64,000 nt of DNA from Eukaryota sp. TZLM1-RC (lineage: Eukaryota > Protista > Metamonada: BaSk clade). The stretch lies in the NCBI GenBank assembly GCA_040285825.1, contig JAUPSS010000004.1:2832550-2896549 (forward strand). The letters run 5' to 3'. The position numbers and the translations under genes are program-made. Below the pieces are notes generated by a model that saw only the letters and a list, made by a program, of their open reading frames with translations, searched no databases and was not told the DNA's origin. How positions within the stretch are numbered: the first letter of the stretch is position 1; each line of letters starts with the position of its first letter. Positions 57,301 through 64,000 of this stretch are shown in pieces.

Positions 57301-60300
57301 ACTACTCAGGCCTTCCAGATTCAGATCAATTTCTTCCACTTCTGAGTCAAGTCCCATGAAGTTAGTATATCCCCAAGCAACAACATTACCATCATTAAGT
57401 AAAGCTAATCCATGACTATCACTTATTGAAAGCATAACAACATTAGAGAGACCAACTACTCTAGATATATTTGGACAAACTGTATAAACACTACCGTCTT
57501 CTTTTAAAAACCAAACAAAGTTTGTGTTCTGAGTCATTTGCACTACATTGGAGAGATTCATAGAAGAAGATGACTCATGTTTTGAAATAACCTCAACATT
57601 ACCATTGTGAAGTAGAAAGAAAAACCTTTCTGAATCCCCACAAACAGACCTAACACCCACTCGGAACTGGTCAAAATAGACAGGTATAGGAGCAATATCA
57701 ATGAAATCCCCTGCAATGGAACTTGATACTTCCAAATGTTTGCAATTTCCAGAAATATAGAGCCGTTGAAAAGTACCCACGAAGAAAGTACAATCACCCA
57801 GTAAAAAAACATCAGTGGCACCGCAATGATTCAAAACTTCAACAAAACAATCAGGATTAGCATCAGGATTACCGAGCTCAAAGTTAGAATTTGGTCCTTT
57901 AACAATTGAACTTCTAGTATTGTGGAGATACACAACGCTGTCAGAGCTATGAGCAAGGCGATTTAACCCTTCAAGAGCTGCTTTTAACAAGGCTGAATTT
58001 TCTAAAATATTCCAACCTTTCGACAAAGTCAAGGAATTATATTCAGCAATTGTACTAGCAGTGGGTAAATGAAAAGAAGCATATAATTGTGAATCAGTTG
58101 ATTTTGGTAACAAAGACTCATCTTCCTTAAGAACATGAATAAAGTCATTCATGATAAAGAAACTGTGGTGCCGACTGCAAGCCACAAACTGAACATTTCT
58201 GAAGGGCAACAAATTAGGATGGACGACATTAGTGCTCATTGTGCATTTACTATAACCAAAAGTATAAACACCTCCTTCTTTGGTTAAGCAAATGGACAGA
58301 TCTTGGGCAACAGCAGCGTATTCAATAGGAGGAACATCAATTTTGATTGGCATATCCCTAGATATTTCCTTATCACCACTAGGCATAAATCCACAATTTT
58401 TGTTCTCACCCCATCCTAATAGAGTTCCATCATTTAAAACAACCAAACAATGCCAATTATAATCATCATCACTCCTAAACGCTACTTGCCTGACGTTACG
58501 TAAATATGGATGCTGCATGAACTTCTTGCCTGAACACCGGTTCCACTCATAAAGAAAGCCATCAAATGTTACAAATCCTGCCCAATCTTCGCCAATAGAC
58601 ATTTGTCTTATGTTGGATAATTCAGTAATGTGCTTTGCTTTACCTTTTGCATTTGTTTGATAAACGTGACCATCAGCACTTAGTGCAAACAGGCCATTGG
58701 AATAGCAGAAATACTTGATATCAACAGAATCTAGACCCCTAATATGTGTACGCTTGATTGGTTCTGAATCTCTACAACTTACTTCAAAATACTGGCCATC
58801 GGGATTCTTAAAAATTGGAAGGTTCTCAGTTGCAAAACTTTGTACAACATCATGACTTAGAGGTAACTTAACAAGATTATAAAAATAATCATACGAATTT
58901 CCAAAATTGTCAATAAAATGATAGCGATCTCGTTCACTAACACGAAAACGATTCAAGTAATTAACCAAATGATCGTCTTCAGAGTAATCAATATCTTCAG
59001 GCTGAACAAAACCCAACTTTGAATAATCCAAAGCAGGAGTATAGTCAAGTCCTGAAATTTTAGTAAATGTATTTCTATATTCACCAAAGAAATATTTGCT
59101 AATTTCCCCAGTTATATAAAGTTTTTCATTTGAAACAAGTACAGAGCCATTTTGCAAAGCCTTTACTCCAGTAACATTCTCAATATTTGGAATTTCAGTT
59201 AAAATTTGTGCTTCTTTAACTTCTCCAAGACCAATTTGGCCTTTAGAATTATCACCAATTACCAAAACTTTACCCTCCTCTGTTACAAACATTGAATAAC
59301 CATCACCAGCAGCAATTGCTTTAACTTTGGGTAAATTTGGGATTATTTTGAAAGAGCAAGACCTAAACGGCTCAAAACCAGGCGAACATTGACCCAAATC
59401 AAAACTATCAATCTGATCAATCGCACCATCATCTAAATCAATGTCATCAGGCACGCTATCAGAGTCATAACCAAGTGCATTGTGAGTTGCTTCACCCCAA
59501 GACACTACATTGCCATTGTCAAGCAAAGCAAGACCGTGTGTGTTGCTAATGGAAAGTAAAACAACTCTAGACAAACCAATAATTCGGTTCAACGACTTAC
59601 TATATCTGTAAACAGTACCATCAGACTTGAGCAACCAAAAAGTTTCAGTAGAGGATGAAACAATTTGAACTACATTCGATGAAATAATTCGAGGAGTTTC
59701 GCTAACACTATAGACTATTACATTCTCTTGTTTTAAAGCGAAGAGTTTATCAGAGTCTTGGTGAAAGTATCCACAATCGTGAAAATCACACAACATTCCT
59801 GGACGTTTAAAAGTTTTTCCAGACTCCGTTTCTTTGTTGGAAATCATGTAGGAGAGATCAGTGCCACATGAATAAGCAGCACCATCTGAGCTGATGATGA
59901 AAGTGGCTTTTTGATATGTAAAAACTGCTTTAGAAGGAGCTACAAAAGGAATGGCCACAAATTTAGAAACACAGTCATTATGACCTTGGCCTAGTTGATA
60001 CCAAAAATTTTCCCCCTTGCCTATCACATCCATTTCATCAGTAACGTAAAGAACTCTAGAACCAAAGCTGGCAATTCTGTTGGTATGATTGAATGCATTT
60101 TGACGAATTGACGTGTTCTTTTCGTTTGACCAATTAGTTAATGCAATGGGTTTAGGTCTAGGTTTTGTTCCAGTAGACAAACAAACAGTTGGTTTGAATT
60201 GATGGAGAGGTTTGGTGCGACTAAATAGCCCACAATGCTTACCGCAAGCATGGATTAAATCATCTTTAATAAAATAAGAACTGTCTTCACCAATGGCAAC

Positions 60301-63300
60301 GTGATCAACACCTTCAAATGGTAATAAAGTTGGAGTAATAACATCATCATCTGAATTAACTCCACATTTACCATAGTTATTAGAACCAAAAGTATAAACA
60401 GTTCCTTCTTTGGTTAAACAAATAGCATGGTCTCCCGAAACTGCCACGTATTCAATAGGTGGAACATCAATAATTACAGGAGTTTCCATGGGGATTTCAT
60501 CTGAACTACTGTGCTCTAAACCAAAATTTTCATTACTTCCCCAACCTAACAAAGATCCATCATTTAAAACTACTAAATGGAAACAATCACATTCACCAAT
60601 AGCTACTTGTCGTACATTAGATAAGTGTGGATGGCGAAAAAGCCTACTGTTTTCCATGTACCATGTCCAAAGACTCCCATCAAAAGTAACAAAAGAAATG
60701 GACGAATTACTGGCATACATTTGTCGAACATTGGTTACCATTGTGAGAGGTCTGAAATTAAAATCACTATTAGCCACATAAACGATCCCATTTGCTCCAA
60801 GACCAAAGGTGCAATTGTCATTAGTAGTGAAAAACTGAATCTCAATTGAATTTAAACTTTCAATCTGACGATACTCGATTTCAACAGGGTCTTCATCAAA
60901 ATCAAAGACACAAGCATAATACACTAAATCAATAGTACAAACCAAAGGGAAACGCTCAGTTGCATATAAATGACTGATATTTTCAATATCTAAATAAATT
61001 CTTTGTATAATTAAATCATCACTTATCACAATTTCTTTTTGATTGATTACCAAATGATTGTATCCATCAGTGCTCATACGGATATTGTTCAAATACTTAA
61101 CGCGAAGTGCGTCATTGCTATAATCAATATTTGTTGACTCTACAAAACCTAATTCGGAATAATAAGAATTAGCCGAAGAATTAGCCGAAGAAGCTGGAAT
61201 TATAGCTTTTATAAAAACACTGTGATGACGATTGGAAAAATGCTTCTCAATTTCCCCAGTAATATAGAGTTCTCCATTAGAAACAATTACTGATGAAACA
61301 TCCAAAGCCTTTACTCCAGTAACATTCTCAATATTTGGAATTTCAGTTAAAATTTGTGCTTCTTTAACTTCTCCAAGACCAATTTGGCCTTTAGAATTAT
61401 CACCAATTACCAAAACTTTACCCTCCTCTGTTACAAACATTGAAAAACCATCACCAGCAGCAATTGCTTTAACTTTGGGTAAATGTGGGATTATTTTGAA
61501 AGAGCAAACGTTTCCAAAACAATTCTCCCCTTCAGATGTAAAACATGAAGAACTACTCAGGCCTTCCAGATTCAGATCAATTTCTTCCACTTCTGAGTCA
61601 AGTCCCATAAAGTCAGTATATCCCCAAGCAACAACATTACCATCATTAAGTAAAGCTAATCCATGACTATCACTTATTGAAAGCATAACAACATTAGAGA
61701 GACCAACTACTCTAGTTATATTTGGACAAACTGTATAAACACTACCGTCTTCTTTTAAAAACCATCCACAATTACCATTGAAAGCAATTTGAACAATGTT
61801 AGAGAGATTTAAGTAAGAGAACCCTTCTTCTTCCTGTATAAAACCAACTCGACCATCTTCAAATAGTACCCAAATCATTTCGTCATCCCCACATATGTAT
61901 TGAGCATTATTTAATTCGGAATACATGATGGGTGCAGGAATTTCGTCAAAGAAATCATCATCTGAATCCATAACATTGGCCATTGCTAGCTTCTCCCCAT
62001 CACCGCAAGCAAAAACGTCACCATTTCTAGTTTTGAAAAAGGAGCATTGATCAGCCACAAAGACATCAGAGACATCCCTGACATTTTCCACACGGGTAAA
62101 CTCAACCATAGATGACTCTAGAGTTCCAAGTACTTCAAACAAATTATTTCCCTTTCCATAAACTTGACCATCATTGTCCACCACAAGAATATTATCACTA
62201 TTTGCAAAAACAATGCGACCAAGTCCAAACTGTGCCTCCTCGAGAAATTGAATAGAAGATTTAGACGTGGGTGATTTTTTGATGGATGCTGAACCACCTC
62301 TAAAGGACTTACCATCTGTAAAATATCGAGATGCTTTAAATCGAGACAGATGACCATATGTCTTACGTAAAAGTCCATCTTGGTTACCGCAAGCATAAAT
62401 TAAATCATCTTTAATAAAATAAGAATTGTCTTCACCAATAGCAACGTGATCAACACCTTCAAATGGTAATAAAGTTGGAGTAATAACATCATCATCTGAA
62501 TTAACTCCACATTTACCATAGTTATTAGAACCAAAAGTATAAACAGTTCCTTCTTTGGTTAAACAAATAGCATGATCTCGCGAAACTGCCACGTATTCAA
62601 TAGGTGGAACATCAATAATTAAAGGAGTTTCCATGGGGATTTTGCCAACACCACTAGGCATAAATCCACAATCCTCCTCACTACTCCATCCTAATAGAGT
62701 TCCATCATTTAAAACAACCAAACATTGAGAAGAGCTCACTGAAATTTGGCCAACATTTCTCAAATATTCATGTCTGAACGGCTGATCATCTTTAGTATTC
62801 CAAATCCAAACAAATCCATCAAAGGTAACAAACGCTGCTAAATCACATGATACAGAAATTTGGCTGACATTGACCAAATTTTCTGATAAGGTAAATGAAA
62901 TTTTCGCGGTTTCAGAATTATCAACATGGTAAAAAACCTCTTTTTTAGAACTGAGTGCAAATAGTGCAGAACCACAAGCAAAATGAATCACGTCAATATT
63001 ATCAAGTCCGTACAGTGGCCTTGGATCTTCATCAGACATTGTACTTGAACAGAGATAACTACCAGCGTTGGTTTTAATGATATGTGCAAAGTTTGTCACG
63101 AAAACTTTCTCAATTTCCTCACAATTAAAAGAAACTTTGTATTTTTTCTGCCCTCTGAACATATAAACAAGATTATCCAGTGCAAGGAGGGAATAATGCC
63201 CAGGTAAAAACTTACTTTCAAAGTAAAATCGTTTGGCATTATGTTTCTGATCAAAAGCAGGAAGCTCTGAATTTCCCAAACATTTGCAGTCAATAACACT

Positions 63301-63999
63301 GTCCAAGGGAATTGCTTTGCTAATGTCCACATCGGTTACATTACCTAAATCTGATTCGAAATTCGAAATTTGAGTCTCATCAAAAGAACAATCTGTTGAT
63401 TCTGAACAAAATGACTCCCAAAAAAGTGCACCTTCACCTCCTCTACAGGAAAAAGTTGATTCTTTTTCTAACTCGTTGATTAAATCTTGTTTTAACAGAT
63501 AGACCCAGTCTTCATCTAGAAATTTCCATTCAGGCGTCACATCAGAAGTTAAAGTATTTGAATCATCTAAAATGAATAATTTCTTGAAAACAAGGGAGTT
63601 GAATTTTGAATATTCAGTATAGTAAACAGACCTAGAGTCTACCACATAAATACCAGATTCAGAAGCAATAACATCAGAAATAGTGGTAGAAAAATTCGTT
63701 ATTCTATGAATGGTCACTTCAGTGGCATCCAGGTTTAACAGATAAACATCTTTCCCTGCACAACAAATCCCAAGCTCTTCATGGACAGAAATAAAGGACA
63801 CATTATTGATAATTGAGATTGGGGTTAATTGCGATGCTTTCATATTAATTACATTAAGTTTCCCATTAGTAGTGATTACCAGCGAAAACTTCCTACCAAG
63901 GGCAACCTTTTCGACATTGGGAAGTTCACCGGGAGAATGATTACCACCCAAAGTACGGAAGGAAAGAAAACCTTCGGTTGACAAAGCAGCTATTAATAC
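51346..63999 (-). CDS. Giant (>4200 aa) protein: tandem RCC1-like propeller blocks, acidic 25-aa tandem repeat, C-terminal PH domain (5' partial)
   Basis: Repeated HAICLTKEGTVYTFGSNNYGKCG and IAAGDGFSMFVTEEGKV..GDNSKGQIGLG; PH domain FEGYLTKRGGFFKTWKRRWFVLK..ERDRWIDKI. The frame stays open to the window edge (VLIAALSTEG). Confidence 0.9.
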   Translation of the reverse strand, partial: VLIAALSTEGFLSFRTLGGNHSPGELPNVEKVALGRKFSLVITTNGKLNVINMKASQLTPISIINNVSFISVHEELGICCAGKDVYLLNLDATEVTIHRITNFSTTISDVIASESGIYVVDSRSVYYTEYSKFNSLVFKKLFILDDSNTLTSDVTPEWKFLDEDWVYLLKQDLINELEKESTFSCRGGEGALFWESFCSESTDCSFDETQISNFESDLGNVTDVDISKAIPLDSVIDCKCLGNSELPAFDQKHNAKRFYFESKFLPGHYSLLALDNLVYMFRGQKKYKVSFNCEEIEKVFVTNFAHIIKTNAGSYLCSSTMSDEDPRPLYGLDNIDVIHFACGSALFALSSKKEVFYHVDNSETAKISFTLSENLVNVSQISVSCDLAAFVTFDGFVWIWNTKDDQPFRHEYLRNVGQISVSSSQCLVVLNDGTLLGWSSEEDCGFMPSGVGKIPMETPLIIDVPPIEYVAVSRDHAICLTKEGTVYTFGSNNYGKCGVNSDDDVITPTLLPFEGVDHVAIGEDNSYFIKDDLIYACGNQDGLLRKTYGHLSRFKASRYFTDGKSFRGGSASIKKSPTSKSSIQFLEEAQFGLGRIVFANSDNILVVDNDGQVYGKGNNLFEVLGTLESSMVEFTRVENVRDVSDVFVADQCSFFKTRNGDVFACGDGEKLAMANVMDSDDDFFDEIPAPIMYSELNNAQYICGDDEMIWVLFEDGRVGFIQEEEGFSYLNLSNIVQIAFNGNCGWFLKEDGSVYTVCPNITRVVGLSNVVMLSISDSHGLALLNDGNVVAWGYTDFMGLDSEVEEIDLNLEGLSSSSCFTSEGENCFGNVCSFKIIPHLPKVKAIAAGDGFSMFVTEEGKVLVIGDNSKGQIGLGEVKEAQILTEIPNIENVTGVKALDVSSVIVSNGELYITGEIEKHFSNRHHSVFIKAIIPASSANSSANSYYSELGFVESTNIDYSNDALRVKYLNNIRMSTDGYNHLVINQKEIVISDDLIIQRIYLDIENISHLYATERFPLVCTIDLVYYACVFDFDEDPVEIEYRQIESLNSIEIQFFTTNDNCTFGLGANGIVYVANSDFNFRPLTMVTNVRQMYASNSSISFVTFDGSLWTWYMENSRLFRHPHLSNVRQVAIGECDCFHLVVLNDGSLLGWGSNENFGLEHSSSDEIPMETPVIIDVPPIEYVAVSGDHAICLTKEGTVYTFGSNNYGKCGVNSDDDVITPTLLPFEGVDHVAIGEDSSYFIKDDLIHACGKHCGLFSRTKPLHQFKPTVCLSTGTKPRPKPIALTNWSNEKNTSIRQNAFNHTNRIASFGSRVLYVTDEMDVIGKGENFWYQLGQGHNDCVSKFVAIPFVAPSKAVFTYQKATFIISSDGAAYSCGTDLSYMISNKETESGKTFKRPGMLCDFHDCGYFHQDSDKLFALKQENVIVYSVSETPRIISSNVVQIVSSSTETFWLLKSDGTVYRYSKSLNRIIGLSRVVLLSISNTHGLALLDNGNVVSWGEATHNALGYDSDSVPDDIDLDDGAIDQIDSFDLGQCSPGFEPFRSCSFKIIPNLPKVKAIAAGDGYSMFVTEEGKVLVIGDNSKGQIGLGEVKEAQILTEIPNIENVTGVKALQNGSVLVSNEKLYITGEISKYFFGEYRNTFTKISGLDYTPALDYSKLGFVQPEDIDYSEDDHLVNYLNRFRVSERDRYHFIDNFGNSYDYFYNLVKLPLSHDVVQSFATENLPIFKNPDGQYFEVSCRDSEPIKRTHIRGLDSVDIKYFCYSNGLFALSADGHVYQTNAKGKAKHITELSNIRQMSIGEDWAGFVTFDGFLYEWNRCSGKKFMQHPYLRNVRQVAFRSDDDYNWHCLVVLNDGTLLGWGENKNCGFMPSGDKEISRDMPIKIDVPPIEYAAVAQDLSICLTKEGGVYTFGYSKCTMSTNVVHPNLLPFRNVQFVACSRHHSFFIMNDFIHVLKEDESLLPKSTDSQLYASFHLPTASTIAEYNSLTLSKGWNILENSALLKAALEGLNRLAHSSDSVVYLHNTRSSIVKGPNSNFELGNPDANPDCFVEVLNHCGATDVFLLGDCTFFVGTFQRLYISGNCKHLEVSSSIAGDFIDIAPIPVYFDQFRVGVRSVCGDSERFFFLLHNGNVEVISKHESSSSMNLSNVVQMTQNTNFVWFLKEDGSVYTVCPNISRVVGLSNVVMLSISDSHGLALLNDGNVVAWGYTNFMGLDSEVEEIDLNLEGLSSSSCFTSEGENCFGNVCYFKMIPNLPKVKAIAAGDGFSLFVTEQGKVMVIGDNSQGQIGLGEVKEAQIITEIPNIENVTGVKALQNGSVLVSNEKLYITGEISKYFFGEYRNTFTKIMNVIIYPLLDQFCYKELDLDTIELVKSEFKYSSRDKWRLVDDGMVQVQDCDIEIECGDNPLNFGLSLLGSLLGFSNCGTTNEIVNPIENVTELSNDPQLVVEELPLNNSQESDQEIVTVKDSSIEKNQTAPQIQKQEAVKKDPTIVYSSLGFVNPQLIDYEADRSWIKWINKFRSCVSLYDLNITMVINEQEFIFKSHGSGGKVTIDFPNVTQIYATELYPIIGTSGLTYHACKFKDYGPRCLKYHHITELDGEEINYFVFGGELYFFALCANGNVFIIDDDFEAERLSKIQNVRQISAFKSSVAFVTFDGFLWLWDTDRYGAFGGQLVCHPYLRNVKQICIGNFSDKKYSHLVVLNDGTLLGWGSRTNFGLEHSSLDEIPMETPVIIDVPPIEYVSLSKDHAICLTKEGTVYTFGCNGYSQCGVGRRNLISPTLLHIEAVEHVSAGDGASFCLKNGIVHTCGHIDHFFAQNKPLHQFKPTVCLSTGTKPRPKPIALTNWSNEKNTSIRQNALNHINRIANFGSRVLYVTSEGVVLGKGCNRHHELGQDHNERISEFTVINNANNTASSTVFTFDQTSYFQDVNGNVFGCGRDLDKIRFGNKKQYRSLERSPIELTELKNLVNIDHNKSKLWIHKHGKVFKGEYHELQDFFSDVVQMVIPREGREWFLKSDGTVFITILKLRRLCCLSRVVLLSASETHCLALRDDGKVVSWGNMNGFNLGYGPDDVPDDVDLDDGRPLEEENYGNEFEIGFNIHYAYFFKIIPNLPKVKAIAAGDGFSMFVTEEGKVMVIGDNSQGQIGLGEVKEAQILTEIPNIDNVTGVKALQNGSVLVSNEKLYITGEISKYFFGEYRNTFTIVTLGEQALIEENSLKEEMNADQEDSTEQVEKSPQVEELSTMEIEADQEDSTEQVEKSPQVEELSTMKIEADQEASTEQVEKSPQVEELSTMEIEADQEDSTEQVEKSPQEEELSTMEIEADQEDSTEQVEKSPQVEELSTMEIEADQEDSTEQVEKSPQVEELSTMEIEADQEDSTEQVEKSPQVEELSTMEIEADQEDSTEQVEKSPQVEELSTMKIEADQEASTEQVEKSPQVEELSTMEIEADQEDSTEQVEKSPQEEELSTMEIEADQEDSTEQVEKSPQVEELSTMEIEADQEDSTEQVEKSPQVEELSTMEIEADQEDSTEQVEKSPQVEELSTMEIEADQEDSTEQVEKSPQVEELSTMEIEADQEDSTEQVEKSPQVEELSTMEIEADQEDSTEQVEKSPQEEELSTMEIEADQEDSTEQVEKSPQVEELSTMEIEADQEDSTEQVEKSPQEEELSTMEIEADQEDSTEQVEKSPQEEELSTMEIEADQEDSTEQVEKSPQVEELSTMEIEADQEDSTEQVEKSPQEEELSTMEIEADQEDSTEQVEKSPQEEELSTMEIEADQEDSTEQVEKSPQEEELSTMEIEADQEDSTEQVEKSPQVEELSTMEIEADQEDSTEQVEKSPQVEELSTMKIEADQEASTEQVEKSPQVEELSTMEIEADQEDSTEQVEKSPQEEELSTMEIEADQEDSTEQVEKSPQVEELSTMEIEADQEDSTEQVEKSPQVEELSTMEIEADQEDSTEQVEKSPQVEELSTMEIEADQEDSTEQVEKSPQVEELSTMEIEADQEDSTEPVEKSPQVEELSTMEIEADQEDSTEQVEKSPQVEELSTMEIEADQEDSTEQVEKSPQVEELSTMEIEADQEDSTEQVVSSTNVDISQTSTLICVKNHSKPSSVYFEGYLTKRGGFFKTWKRRWFVLKHCTLNYYADPFDDTAKNSLIIKQESVVAEPSLAQYQSLKLSKALSRFLVFQSQPGQREFYLLATCKEERDRWIDKISAAIPQ
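51742..54325 (-). repeat. Coding minisatellite, 75-bp unit, about 34 copies (EADQEDSTEQVEKSPQVEELSTMEI)
   Basis: Directly visible near-perfect tandem array with a few recurring variants. Confidence 0.97.
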
Positions 64000-64000
64000 T

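Overview
AT-rich, gene-dense and nearly intron-free eukaryotic DNA, probably from a protist (inference). About 11 host genes: an RCC1/LRR protein, STT3 with one 31-nt intron, an LtaS-like membrane sulfatase, Leo1-like, RRP3/DDX47, a NatB auxiliary subunit, villin, a coiled-coil protein, RRP45, two hypotheticals, and a >4200-aa RCC1/75-bp-repeat/PH protein. Between them lie decayed mobile elements: two families of CRE-like RLE non-LTR retrotransposons (several with 11-12 bp TSDs), a Ty3/Gypsy pol relic, a hAT-like MITE, and five relics of Fanzor (eukaryotic TnpB-like RNA-guided RuvC nuclease) genes from about three divergent subfamilies, most of them missed or split by the ORF track. Main finding: all five Fanzor relics are co-oriented with a host gene and end just upstream of its start codon. 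In four, a hairpin-rich or conserved non-coding tail (candidate omega-RNA scaffold) stops about 30-50 nt before the host ATG, so the predicted guide would be the host gene's own promoter/5' leader. All family assignments come from motif recognition by eye; no database searches or folding programs were run.
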